In this document: piece after piece, positions 9,482-20,459 of the stretch | Position numbering within the stretch: position 1 is the stretch's first letter | How the letters are laid out: each line of letters opens with the position of its first letter | Assembly: GCA_041082215.1 (NCBI GenBank) | Contig: JBDOIF010000120.1 | Location: 1-64,000, forward strand | DNA: 64,000 bases | From: Anaerolineae bacterium | GTDB lineage: Bacteria; Chloroflexota; Anaerolineae; B4-G1; DUEL01 | Reading direction: 5' to 3' | The notes under the pieces: generated by a model | The model's input: the letters and a program-made list of their open reading frames with translations, nothing else | Told to the model about the DNA's origin: nothing | Database searches by the model: none | Translations under genes and position numbers: made by a program

Positions 9482-10336
9482 ATGGCCTGGGCTTCCGACT
9501 TCACGACCGACGAGTTGATCTGCGTTTGCATTGCTCGTCAGATAACCGACGGCGAGGTGGTGGCCCAGGGTATCTCCACGCCGTTGGTGATGGCAGGCTA
9601 CCTGCTGGCCAAGCATACCCACGCTCCCAACCTCTACTTCGCCTCCGCCATCGGCGCTGCGCTGGTGCGCGATCCGGCCCCTGTGGGTCTGGCCCGTGTC
9701 GAGGAGCTGTGGCTTGGGCAGGCCCTTGCCCGGATGAGCTTCGCCCAGGCAGCCTGCGAGCTTCTGCCCCGGTTCCGCCCCAAGGAGTTCTTCCGCCCCG
9801 CCCAGGTGGACCCCTTCGGGAACTTCAATAACATCATCGTCGGCGAGGACTATCGCCACCCCCAGATGCGTCTGCCCGGCTGTGGGGGGATCGCCGATGT
9901 TACCTTCTTCCTCGGCCCCGGTCGGATTCACCTTTACGTCCCCCGCCACAGCCGGGCTGTCTTTGTGCCCCGGCTGGATTTCCTGAGCGGGTTGGGGCAT
10001 CGGACGGACCGGCCAGCAGGGGCCGGTCCGTGTTATCTGGTGAGCAACCTGGGCCAGTTCGACTTTGCCGACGGTCGGATGCGGCTCACCACACTCCACC
10101 CCGGCGTCTCCCTGGAAACGGTCCAGGCGCGGACCGGCTTCTCCCTGCAGGTTGCGCCGGACCTGCGGGAGACGGAGCCGCCGACGGTGGAGGAGGTGCG
10201 GCTTCTGCGGGAGGTGATTGACCCGCTGGGGGTGCGTCGCCTGGAGACGGCCAGCGGCAGCCAGCGCAAGCAGATCGTGCGGGAAATCCTGGCCGCCGAG
10301 GGCTGCCTGGAGGGGACGATAGCCCCACGGGTATAA
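9482..10336 (+). CDS. Family I CoA-transferase beta subunit (GctB/IpdB-like)
   Basis: AKHTHAPNL, AQVDPFGNFN, RLPGCGG, HSRAVFVPRLDF, HPGVS...TGF, PPT.EE...LRE.IDP. Confidence 0.8.
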   Translation: MAWASDFTTDELICVCIARQITDGEVVAQGISTPLVMAGYLLAKHTHAPNLYFASAIGAALVRDPAPVGLARVEELWLGQALARMSFAQAACELLPRFRPKEFFRPAQVDPFGNFNNIIVGEDYRHPQMRLPGCGGIADVTFFLGPGRIHLYVPRHSRAVFVPRLDFLSGLGHRTDRPAGAGPCYLVSNLGQFDFADGRMRLTTLHPGVSLETVQARTGFSLQVAPDLRETEPPTVEEVRLLREVIDPLGVRRLETASGSQRKQIVREILAAEGCLEGTIAPRV

Positions 10337-10380
10337 AGCGTCGGCTCAGCGTGTGATGAGAACACTTCAGGAGGTTTCAG

Positions 10381-11640
10381 ATGGTCACCGTCAATATGGA
10401 TTTGAGCCGAGAGATCCCGGTGCTTGACTGGACGCCCCATCTGGCCAGCCGCACAGAGCAGATGCGGAGCTCGGCGATCCGGGAACTGCTGAAGCTGACC
10501 CAGCAGCCCGACATTATCTCCTTTGCCGGGGGGCTGCCGGCCCCAGAGCTTTTCCCCCTCCGGGAGGTCGGTGAGGCCTGCCGCTATGTCCTGCGGGAGC
10601 ATGGGGCGCAGGCTCTCCAGTATGGCACAACAGAGGGGTATCTGCCGCTGAGAGAATGGCTGGCGACCAGTATGCACAAGTACGGCGTCCCCGCCGTCCC
10701 GAACAATGTGCTTCTCACCAACGGCTCCCAGCAGGCGCTGGACCTCATCGGCAAGGTGTTCATCAACCGGGGTGACTACGTTATCACCAGCCGCCCCACC
10801 TATCTGGGGGCCATCCAGGCCTGGAACGCCTATGGGGCCCGCTATCACACCGTCAACCTGGACGACGACGGGATGGTGGTGGAGGAGATCGAACAGGCCT
10901 ATCAGAAGGTCCTGGCCGACTCAGGCCGTCCGCCCAAGTTCATCTACGTCCTTCCCAACTTCCACAACCCGGCCGGCACCACGCTCTCCCTGGAGCGGCG
11001 GGCACAACTGGCGGAGGTCGCCACCCGACTGAACCTCCCCATCGTCGAAGACGACCCTTACGGCGCGCTGCGGTTTGAGGGGGAGGACCTGCCGCCGGTG
11101 TGTACCTTTGTGCCGGAGCGGACGATCTACCTGGGGACCTTTTCCAAGACCCTGGCCCCCGGCCTCCGGTTGGGGTGGATTGTCTGCCCGGAGGTGCTGA
11201 TGCAGCGGTTTGTGATGGCCAAGCAAGGGGCCGATCTCCATACAGGGACCTTTGCCCAGTACATCGCCAACGACATCTGCCAGCGGGGTATCCTCAAGCC
11301 CCATATCCAGCGCATCCGGCGGGTTTATAAGGAGCGGCGGGATACCATGCTGGATGCACTGGCCGAGTTCTGGCCTGAGGGATGCACGTGGACCCGCCCC
11401 CAGGGCGGGCTTTTCCTCTGGGCACAGGTGCCGGAGCCGATCAACACGCTGGAGCTCTTCGAACGGGCCATCGAAGAGAAGGTAGCCTACGTGCCGGGAG
11501 TGAATTTCTACCCCAACGCCGACGGTGGTTACAACGCCATGCGGCTGAACTTCTCCTACAGCGACCCGGAGACCATCGTCGAGGGCATTCGACGGCTGGG
11601 GAATGCCATTAAGAAAGAGCTGGCACGCCATACTGTTTGA
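10381..11640 (+). CDS. PLP-dependent class I aminotransferase (2-aminoadipate transaminase-like)
   Basis: SSAIRELLK, ISFAGGLP, PNFHNPAG, EDDPYG, GTFSKTLAPGLRLGW. Confidence 0.92.
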   Translation: MVTVNMDLSREIPVLDWTPHLASRTEQMRSSAIRELLKLTQQPDIISFAGGLPAPELFPLREVGEACRYVLREHGAQALQYGTTEGYLPLREWLATSMHKYGVPAVPNNVLLTNGSQQALDLIGKVFINRGDYVITSRPTYLGAIQAWNAYGARYHTVNLDDDGMVVEEIEQAYQKVLADSGRPPKFIYVLPNFHNPAGTTLSLERRAQLAEVATRLNLPIVEDDPYGALRFEGEDLPPVCTFVPERTIYLGTFSKTLAPGLRLGWIVCPEVLMQRFVMAKQGADLHTGTFAQYIANDICQRGILKPHIQRIRRVYKERRDTMLDALAEFWPEGCTWTRPQGGLFLWAQVPEPINTLELFERAIEEKVAYVPGVNFYPNADGGYNAMRLNFSYSDPETIVEGIRRLGNAIKKELARHTV

Positions 11641-11665
11641 CAGCTTCCCCTTGCCGTGGTATAGT
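11637..11665 (+). promoter_or_regulatory. sigma70 promoter for roadblock gene, overlapping aminotransferase stop
   Basis: TTGACA-17-TATAGT with extended TG. Confidence 0.7.
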
Positions 11666-11712
11666 TATCTTCAATCCGTGGTGGAGGGGCCAGGATCGGC
11701 AAAGGAGGCGGG

Positions 11713-12084
11713 ATGGCAAGACCACGTCCAGAGCTGCTGGTAGACCGCCTGCGAGACCTGCAGGCCAGCACCCCCGACGTAGAGGCATCGGCCATCGTCA
11801 GCGTGGATGGGTTGATCATCGCTTCCTCCCTGCCGGCAGGCGTGGAGGAAGACCGGGTGTCCGCGATGTCGGCGGCCATGCTCTCCCTCGGCGAGCGGAT
11901 CGCCAGCGAGCTGAGGCGGGGAGAGCTGGAACAGGTCTACGTCAAGGGGAACAACGGCTACATTGTCCTCACCGCTGTCGGTGAGGAGGCCGTCCTCACT
12001 GTGATGGCTCGCTCCACCGCCAAGCTGGGGCTGGTATTCCTGGAGATGCGCCGTGCAGCGGAGGACCTGGAGAAGCTTATCTAG
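11713..12084 (+). CDS. Roadblock/LC7 domain protein (MglB-like)
   Basis: ASAIVSVDGLIIAS, SAMSAAMLSLG, AKLGLVFLEM; SD AAGGAGG. Confidence 0.92.
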   Translation: MARPRPELLVDRLRDLQASTPDVEASAIVSVDGLIIASSLPAGVEEDRVSAMSAAMLSLGERIASELRRGELEQVYVKGNNGYIVLTAVGEEAVLTVMARSTAKLGLVFLEMRRAAEDLEKLI

Positions 12085-12115
12085 TCACAGCTCCGCCGAA
12101 CGATGGGAAGCCTGA

Positions 12116-13828
<1,713 letters not shown>

Positions 13829-13848
13829 CAGGGAATGACCAGACGAAA

Positions 13849-13877
13849 TTGACCCTGCGATCTATCTGTGCTACAAT
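13849..13877 (+). promoter_or_regulatory. sigma70 promoter
   Basis: TTGACC-17-TACAAT with extended TG, upstream of SBP gene. Confidence 0.7.
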
Positions 13878-13894
13878 CTAACGAGGGGTAATGT

Positions 13895-15823
13895 ATGAAA
13901 AGACAATTCATCTGGATAGGATCGCTGTTTGTTGCCGGGATTCTGCTGGGCTCCTGCGTCCCCACGCCGGTGGTGGAAACCGTCGAAGTGCCCGGCCCCA
14001 CCCAGGTGGTCACCGCCACACCGACCCCCGTCGGAACTCCCGAACCGGCCACGCTGGTCGTCTGCCAGGATGCGGAGCCGGAAAGCCTCTACCTGTACAG
14101 CGGCGCCCCGTCCGCCCGCCACATCCTGGAGGCTATCTACGATGGCCCGATAGACCACCGCACCTACGGCTTTCAGCCGGTCATCCTGGAGAAGCTGCCC
14201 AGTCTGGAGGACGGGGATGCCTATTTCGAGCCAGTGACAGTCCAGGCCGGGGATCAGGTGGTGGATGTCACCGGTGAGCCGGTCGAGCTGCAGACAGGGG
14301 TCCAGGTCTTCCCCAGCCACACCTGCCTGGATGTGACCAATCCCGAATGTGTGGCCACCTTTGACGGGACAACGCCCATCGGGATGGAACAGATGGTCGT
14401 CTCCTGGTCGCTGCTGGAGGGGGTGACCTGGTCGGATGGAGAGCCGGTGACCGCCGACGACTCCGTCTACAGCTACAGAATGGCCTGCGATCCGGAGACG
14501 CCGTCGTCCAAGTACCTCTGCGACCGGACCGCCTCCTACCTTGCCGCCGGGGAGCGAACGGTGGTCTGGACGGGGCTGCCGGGTTACGTGGACGATCTGT
14601 ACTTCCTGAACCTCTTCAGCCCGCTGCCCCGCCATCTCCTCGAGAGGCAGCATCACTATACCGCCGCCGACCTGTTGAGCCGGCCTGAGAGCACGCGGAC
14701 GCCCATCGGCTGGGGGCCCTTCGTCATCCGGGAGTGGGTCCAGGGGGACCACATCCTTCTGGAGCGCAACCCCCATTACTTCCGCGCCGACGAGGGGCTG
14801 CCCCGGGTCGAGCGGGTGGTGTTTCGCTTTGCCCAGGACCCCAACGAGCTTCTGGCGATGGTGCTGGCCGGGGAATGCGATCTCGCCCTTCGGGAAGGGG
14901 AGTGGGGTTCGTTGATGCCATTCCTGATGGCCGCCCGGGAGCAGGGGCTTCTGGAGCTGGTCGCCACGCCCGACAGCACGTGGGAGAACCTGCTCTTCGG
15001 CATCAACCCGGCCTCCACCTATCGGCGCCCCGATTTCTTTGAGGATGTGCGGGTGCGGCAGGCGATCGCTCAATGCGTTGACCGGCAGGCGATGGTGGAC
15101 GAGGTGACGTTCGGACTGGGAAGGGTGGCCGATGTGTATATCCCGCCCGACCATCCCCTGTATGCCGGGGACCGGCTTGCCCGCTGGCCCTATGACCCTG
15201 AAGCCGGGCAGGCGCTGCTGGCGGAGGCGGGGTGGGTGGATGAGGATGGGGACGGGATCGTGGAGGCCCACAGGGTAGAAGGTGTCCGCATGGGCACCCC
15301 CTTCCAGGTCTCCCTGCTGGTGACGCAGGGGGACCCCCAGCAGGAGGCGCTGGCCCGGATCATCCGCTCCAACCTGGCCGACTGCGGCATCCGGGTGGAG
15401 TTGAACCCGGTCCCCGCCTGGGACCTCTTTGCCGACGGTCCTACTGGTCCCCTCTTCGGCCGGCAGTTCGACCTGGCACTCTTTGCCTGGTACAACGACG
15501 TGGAGCCTCCCTGCGCCCTCTACCTTACGGAGCAGATCCCGGACGAGGGGAACTGGGGGCTGCCCAACGCCTCCGGTTTTTCCAGCGAGGAGTACGACGG
15601 GGCCTGTCGGGCGGCGCTGGCCGCGCTGCCGGGCACGTTCGAATACGAACAGTTCCATGCCGAGGCTCAGCAGCGGTTCACAGAGCAACTGCCGGCCGTG
15701 CCTCTCCTCTGGCGGGCCCGCCTGGTGCTGACCCGTCCGGGGGTGGAGGGGTTCACCCTCGACCCCTCCGAGGAAAGCGAATTGTGGGGGATCGAGGAGA
15801 TCGGCCTGGAGCCGGTCAGATAA
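13895..15823 (+). CDS. Peptide/nickel ABC transporter substrate-binding lipoprotein (SBP family 5), standalone
   Basis: Lipobox LGSC, WSDGEPVTADD, PIGWGPF, FEDVRVRQAIA, LPAVPL. Confidence 0.9.
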   Translation: MKRQFIWIGSLFVAGILLGSCVPTPVVETVEVPGPTQVVTATPTPVGTPEPATLVVCQDAEPESLYLYSGAPSARHILEAIYDGPIDHRTYGFQPVILEKLPSLEDGDAYFEPVTVQAGDQVVDVTGEPVELQTGVQVFPSHTCLDVTNPECVATFDGTTPIGMEQMVVSWSLLEGVTWSDGEPVTADDSVYSYRMACDPETPSSKYLCDRTASYLAAGERTVVWTGLPGYVDDLYFLNLFSPLPRHLLERQHHYTAADLLSRPESTRTPIGWGPFVIREWVQGDHILLERNPHYFRADEGLPRVERVVFRFAQDPNELLAMVLAGECDLALREGEWGSLMPFLMAAREQGLLELVATPDSTWENLLFGINPASTYRRPDFFEDVRVRQAIAQCVDRQAMVDEVTFGLGRVADVYIPPDHPLYAGDRLARWPYDPEAGQALLAEAGWVDEDGDGIVEAHRVEGVRMGTPFQVSLLVTQGDPQQEALARIIRSNLADCGIRVELNPVPAWDLFADGPTGPLFGRQFDLALFAWYNDVEPPCALYLTEQIPDEGNWGLPNASGFSSEEYDGACRAALAALPGTFEYEQFHAEAQQRFTEQLPAVPLLWRARLVLTRPGVEGFTLDPSEESELWGIEEIGLEPVR

Positions 15824-16523
15824 GCCGCTGCCGGAAGCGGAGGGCGTCTTCCCACATCGAGACGTTATTGAAAAGGACGTAGCCGGTCTCGAAGGGCCTG
15901 CACAGGGCCAGCAGTCGGTCCAGGTCGGCCCCGGTGTACTGGTAGCGGTAGCCGCCGATGCCGTGTAGCCGGAAGTAGGCCAGGCCGGTGGTGACTGGCG
16001 ATCTTGTGAAGGGGTCCACGCAGTGGACCAGTTCCAGCTCCTGGCACAGCGACGCGACAAGCTCGTCGGGCCAGTCCCCGCGCGGCTCCCAGGCAAAGGT
16101 CAACCCGCCCCGTTCCACCCGTCGGAAAAAATCCCGGAGCCGGGCGATGTTCTCCGGTGTCGGATTGAAGCCAGCCGGGCACTGGAAGAGGACAACGGGA
16201 GCCTCCAGAGCCAGGCCGATCTCCCGTGTCCGCTCCCAGGCGGCAAGCACCGGTTCTGTGGGCCGGAATCCCCCGTAAAGCTCCCGCTGCTCCGTCGGGA
16301 TATCCAGCCCGGCCTTCCGGTAGGTGGGGCTGGTGGGCGCATGGGTGATGAGTTGCCAGGCCTTGAGGGTGAAGATGAAGCCAGGCGGGGCCTCCTCTCG
16401 CCATCGCCGGGCCGTCTCGATGCGGGGGGGCCTGTAGAAGGTCTGCTGGACCTCGACGAGGGACAGGTGGCGGAAGTAGACGGCGCGGGCTTTCTGGAAG
16501 CCGCAACAGCCAACGTGGATCAC
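15816..16523 (-). CDS. DUF72 family protein
   Basis: IHVGCCGF, VEVQQTFY, FTLKAWQLITH, LFQCP, WEPRG, YFRLHG, LFNN; GTGA overlap with GNAT stop. Confidence 0.9.
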   Translation of the reverse strand: MIHVGCCGFQKARAVYFRHLSLVEVQQTFYRPPRIETARRWREEAPPGFIFTLKAWQLITHAPTSPTYRKAGLDIPTEQRELYGGFRPTEPVLAAWERTREIGLALEAPVVLFQCPAGFNPTPENIARLRDFFRRVERGGLTFAWEPRGDWPDELVASLCQELELVHCVDPFTRSPVTTGLAYFRLHGIGGYRYQYTGADLDRLLALCRPFETGYVLFNNVSMWEDALRFRQRLI

Positions 16524-17041
16524 AGGAACAGCTCCATAAAGACCTCGTCTTCGTACTGCCCGTCTATCTTAACCTGCCTGGCGAGCACGCCTTTGGGCAC
16601 GAAGCCCAGGCTGCGGTAGAAGGTCTGGGCGGTGGTGTTGCCCGCCCGCACGTAGATGACCAGCTTCTCGTAGCCGTGAGCGCGGGCAAAGTCGAAGGTG
16701 TGCCGGGCAAGCATACGGCCAATCCCCTTTCCTCGCCATCCGGGGAGGATGATGGTGCCGACCACGCCGACGTGGGCGAAGGATTCGGAGTAGCTGGCCC
16801 AGAGGTCGAGGGACTGAAAGCCGACGATCTGGCCCTCTGCCTCGGCCAGGAAGATGGCCTCCCGGTCGGAAAGGGAGGCGATGTATTCCCGTTCCTGCTG
16901 GGGGGTGAAGGGCCGGTCCACGGCGGTGTAGACCCGCTCGGCGCAGACCACGGCCCAGACGGAGGAGATCGCCTCGGCGTCGTCGGGGGTGGCGCGGCGG
17001 ACCCGGATGCGGTCGGTTATATCTTCCGGCTTTCCGGCCAA
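16520..17041 (-). CDS. GNAT family N-acetyltransferase
   Basis: WRGKGIG acetyl-CoA motif, NTTAQTFYRSLGF; TTG start with GGAG SD. Confidence 0.88.
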   Translation of the reverse strand: MAGKPEDITDRIRVRRATPDDAEAISSVWAVVCAERVYTAVDRPFTPQQEREYIASLSDREAIFLAEAEGQIVGFQSLDLWASYSESFAHVGVVGTIILPGWRGKGIGRMLARHTFDFARAHGYEKLVIYVRAGNTTAQTFYRSLGFVPKGVLARQVKIDGQYEDEVFMELFL

Positions 17042-17117
17042 ATGCGTAACTCCTGCTATGAAAGGCCGGGCCCCTGTTTTCCCCCCAGGCGGCCCGGCGT
17101 ATGGGCAGGCAGACGAA

Positions 17118-17207
17118 TGGCGGAGAGGGTGGGATTTGAACCCACGGAGCCTTGCGGCTCACGCGCTCTCCAGGCGCGCGCGTTAGGCCAGACTACGCTA
17201 CCTCTCC
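17118..17207 (-). tRNA. tRNA-Ser(GGA)
   Basis: GGAGAGG acceptor stem, anticodon arm CGCGC-CTGGAGA-GCGCG, long variable arm, GGTTCAAATCC, encoded CCA. Confidence 0.96.
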
Positions 17208-17230
17208 GTACGAATGAGTCGGTTTTCAGG

Positions 17231-17301
17231 CTGGGGGCGGAGGATTCGAACCCCCACATACGGATCCAGAGTCCGCTGTCCTACCATTAGACGAGCCCCC
17301 A
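17231..17301 (-). tRNA. tRNA-Gln(CTG)
   Basis: TGGGGGC acceptor stem, anticodon arm GCGGA-CTCTGGA-TCCGT, GGTTCGAATCC; 3' end reads CCT, so CCA is not fully encoded. Confidence 0.95.
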
Positions 17302-17343
17302 GCGCGAATCTTCTGGATCGCAGCCCAGTTCGTTCGCGGAGTT

Positions 17344-17372
17344 ATTTTACCACTTTTTCCCTGGAAGGGCAA
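17344..17372 (-). promoter_or_regulatory. Promoter for tRNA pair
   Basis: TTGCCC-17-TAAAAT with extended TG. Confidence 0.6.
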
Positions 17373-17379
17373 ATCGAGC

Positions 17380-17408
17380 TGTAGGACAAGCTGGAAGCCT
17401 GCCCTGCA
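17380..17408. repeat. GTAG-REP palindrome
   Basis: TGTAGGACAAGCTGGAAGCCTGCCCTGCA. Confidence 0.7.
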
Positions 17409-17411
17409 GGT

Positions 17412-18347
17412 TCAGCGACGCAGCCGCCCGATCTCCTCCCGCAACATGGCTCTGCGGGCCAGGCTCTGCCGGGCCGGGCCGGCCACGTTGTTTTCCCACT
17501 CCTCTGTCAATGTGAGCACCTTCTGCGCCACTTCCCTGGCCGGGTCCAGCACCGTGGTGAGGAGGGGGGTGACGAACCAGCCGTTCAGGCCGGCGTCGGG
17601 GCGGGAACTGAACCAGCCGTCCATCGGCTCCAGGATGCGGGTGTAGAGCCCCTGGATGAGGTCGGGGACGGCGGTGACGACCTCGCCGATCCGTTCCAGC
17701 GCCCCGTAGACCTGCTGGCCGGTCGCGTAGGGAAGGCGGTCGAGAAGATCGGCCAGAAAGCCGCCCAGCGTCTCTGCGATCGGGCCGGAGAGGCCGAGGG
17801 CCTGGTTCACCGCATTTTCCAGTCCCAGCAGCCTCTGAGAAAGGGTGGTGAGGTTCTCCTGCAGCCAGCGGAACCCGGATTGCAGGGAGGGGAAACGGGA
17901 GCGGAAGGAGATGAGGGCGCTGCGGGTCTCTTCCACGGCGGCGAGAAGCCCCGCTGCCAGGGCACGGCCTCCCTCCGCCAGCCGCCCCACCACAGCCAGC
18001 CCCCGCGCCATCTGCTCGTCCAGCCCTGTGGCGTCCATTTCTTCGTAGAGGGCGACGATCTGCCGGAGCGCGGCGGCCTCGTCCTCCAGGGCGGCCATAT
18101 GCATAGCCTCCAGTTGCCAGACGACCAGCCCTCCCATCGTCGCCACCACCGCCCCGCCCGCCACCATCCCCAGGAACCGGCGACGATCCATCCCCCTCTC
18201 TTTCTCCAGCCCGGCCCCGCTGACCGCTTCTGCCGTCAATCGGTCCAGCAGTTCCAGCGTGCCGTCATCCAGCCGCTGGAGCCGCTCGATGATCCGGGCC
18301 GTCCGCGCTGCGCGGCGCACCTTTGCCATTCGGGCTTCCTCTGCCAT
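17412..18347 (-). CDS. Hypothetical alpha-helical membrane-anchored protein with internal twin-arginine motif
   Basis: DRRRFLG followed by a hydrophobic helix about 55 aa in; amphipathic helical remainder; ATG 18347 (or 18353). Confidence 0.7.
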   Translation of the reverse strand: MAEEARMAKVRRAARTARIIERLQRLDDGTLELLDRLTAEAVSGAGLEKERGMDRRRFLGMVAGGAVVATMGGLVVWQLEAMHMAALEDEAAALRQIVALYEEMDATGLDEQMARGLAVVGRLAEGGRALAAGLLAAVEETRSALISFRSRFPSLQSGFRWLQENLTTLSQRLLGLENAVNQALGLSGPIAETLGGFLADLLDRLPYATGQQVYGALERIGEVVTAVPDLIQGLYTRILEPMDGWFSSRPDAGLNGWFVTPLLTTVLDPAREVAQKVLTLTEEWENNVAGPARQSLARRAMLREEIGRLRR

Positions 18348-18385
18348 AGTCATCTCCGCGTCCCCACGTCCCTGTGCCCCTCTGC

Positions 18386-19330
18386 TTAATCCGGCGCGTA
18401 CCCCATCCGCCGCACCTCTTGCAGGTCCCGCCGCCAGTTCTTGCTCACCTTGACCCACAGTTCCAGGTAGACCTGTCCTCCCACCATTCGCTCGATCTCC
18501 TGACGGGCCGCCGTGCCGATGCGGCGGAGCATCTGTCCCCCTCTGCCGATGAGGATCCCTTTTTGGGACTCCCGCTCCACGTAGATGGTGGCGGCGATGT
18601 AGAGCGTGCCGTTCTCCCGCTCCTTGAATTCTTCCACGACGACGGCGACGGCGTGGGGGACCTCGTCGCGGGTGAAGCGGAGCACCTGCTCGCGGATCAG
18701 CTCGGCGGCGATTTCCCGCTCCGTCTGGTCGGTGATCTGGTCGCCGGGGTAGTAGCGGGGCCCCTCGGGGAGTTGCCCGACGATCATCTCCAGCAGCTTG
18801 TCCAGGTTGACCCCCTCAGTAGCGATCGTCATCATCCACCCGGCATGGTCTGGCATCAGCTCCCAGTAGGCTTCCGTATGGGGCTTCACCCGGTCCGGCG
18901 GCAGCCGGTCCATCTTGTTGAGGACCAGAATGACCGGATTCCGGGTCCGCTCCCGGATCATCCGGGCGATCATCCGGTCCTCCTCCCGGGGCATCACCGA
19001 CACATCCACCACGAAGAGGACCACGTCGGCATCGGGGATGGCACGGGCGGCCTGCTCGACCATCACCTCCCCCAGCTTATGGAGCGGTCTATGGAGGCCA
19101 GGCGTATCCACAAAGATGATCTGGACCGTCTCCCGGGTGAGGATGCCCTGAATGCGGGTGCGGGTGGTCTGAGGTTTAGGGGAGACGATGGCCACCTTGT
19201 GCCCCAGGAGCTGGTTCATCAGGGTGGATTTCCCCACATTGGGCCGGCCGATGACGGCGACGAAGCCGGATTTGTGGCCGGGCGGTACGGCTTCCAGATC
19301 GTGAAGGTTAGTCTCAGTCGTATGATTCAT
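18386..19330 (-). CDS. era: GTPase Era
   Basis: GRPNVGKSTL, KPQTTR, DTPG, NKMD, KH motif GILIGRGG; ATG 19330. Confidence 0.97.
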   Translation of the reverse strand: MNHTTETNLHDLEAVPPGHKSGFVAVIGRPNVGKSTLMNQLLGHKVAIVSPKPQTTRTRIQGILTRETVQIIFVDTPGLHRPLHKLGEVMVEQAARAIPDADVVLFVVDVSVMPREEDRMIARMIRERTRNPVILVLNKMDRLPPDRVKPHTEAYWELMPDHAGWMMTIATEGVNLDKLLEMIVGQLPEGPRYYPGDQITDQTEREIAAELIREQVLRFTRDEVPHAVAVVVEEFKERENGTLYIAATIYVERESQKGILIGRGGQMLRRIGTAARQEIERMVGGQVYLELWVKVSKNWRRDLQEVRRMGYAPD

Positions 19331-19346
19331 ATGATAATGTGAAACG

Positions 19347-20459
19347 TCAAACGTCGGGCGTTTGCTGTTTGGCAACAAGCGGCAGGTACACAGGGGAGCC
19401 TCCGGCGAGGAAGGCCGCGTCGGTGAGCGTATAGACGCCACCCGCTGCATCGTCCCGGTAGGTCTCAAGGACAACCGTCTCCCCCTCGACGCGGATGATG
19501 AGGAAGGTGCTGCGCGCTCCGGTATCTCCCAGCCCCCGGGCGTGGCCGGCGTCCAGTTGCCAGACCCCTCCGATGCGGACGCGGCTGTAGTTGTGGGTGT
19601 GGCCGCAGATGTAGGCGACGGCCCCCTCATCCCGCAGGAGGTCCCAGAACCGGTCCCGGTTATCCGGGTGGGCGTTCAGGCTGTCTTCCATATGGCGCTC
19701 CCGGCCGTTGTCGGCGTCGGGCTGGGGGTAGGCCGGCTCGTGGCCAAAGATGAAGATATGGGGCCTGTCGGTCGCCGCCAGGTCGGCAGCCAGCCAGTCG
19801 TACAGGTGGTCCCGGATGTCTCCATCGGTGACCGCGTCCCCGGCGACGTCGCAGTACTCGTTCAGCACGACGAAGTGGGCGTTTTCGTAGTCGAAGGAGT
19901 AGGTGGTCTCCGGACATCCGGCGGGGCCGGGGTTGACCGGGCCGTAGTCATAGGCGCGCAGCCAGGCCATATCCTCCGGCGTCTCCACCTCGTGATTTCC
20001 CACGGCCGGAAACCACGGGAATTCGGGGCCGAGGGTCTGGTCGAGGGTCCAGCGCACATCCGCCGGGGGGTCAACATCGCCCGGACTGACCATAAAGGCC
20101 ACGTCCCCCCGGGCGGCGATAGCTTCGCAGGCTCCCCGGAAGTAGTGAGGAGAGTCGTAGTTGGGTCCGGCGTAGATGCGCATATCAACAGTGACGGCGA
20201 AGGCGAAGGGGTGGGGGGAAGGAGGGGTGGGGGAGACGCAGGGAGAGGGGGAGGGGGAGATGCGGGGAGGGGGAGGCGCAGTGGCGCGGGGAGGGGGGGA
20301 GGGGGAGACGCGGGGGGAGAGAGAGGGGGTGGCTTCCTCGGTGGGGAGGGTAGTGGTGGGAGGCGCAGCGGGACGGCTGGCGCAGTGGACTGCCGCTAGA
20401 AGGCATGCCAGCAGGATCGGCAAGATGGACTTCAGTCTGCTGCTCCAACCTCTCAGCAT
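19347..20459 (-). CDS. Exported calcineurin-like metallophosphoesterase with Pro-rich linker
   Basis: Signal-like N-terminus, PS-rich linker, GDVD, GNHE, GHEP, GHTH motifs, C-terminal VYLPLVAK. Confidence 0.82.
   Translation of the reverse strand: MLRGWSSRLKSILPILLACLLAAVHCASRPAAPPTTTLPTEEATPSLSPRVSPSPPPRATAPPPPRISPSPSPCVSPTPPSPHPFAFAVTVDMRIYAGPNYDSPHYFRGACEAIAARGDVAFMVSPGDVDPPADVRWTLDQTLGPEFPWFPAVGNHEVETPEDMAWLRAYDYGPVNPGPAGCPETTYSFDYENAHFVVLNEYCDVAGDAVTDGDIRDHLYDWLAADLAATDRPHIFIFGHEPAYPQPDADNGRERHMEDSLNAHPDNRDRFWDLLRDEGAVAYICGHTHNYSRVRIGGVWQLDAGHARGLGDTGARSTFLIIRVEGETVVLETYRDDAAGGVYTLTDAAFLAGGSPVYLPLVAKQQTPDV

Noticed and set aside
17042..17301. tRNA pair as integration site of an island
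   Set aside because: No integrase and no duplicated tRNA 3' end seen in the window
20210..20360. G-rich tract as G-quadruplex or repeat element
   Set aside because: Explained by the Pro/Ser-rich linker codons of the phosphoesterase
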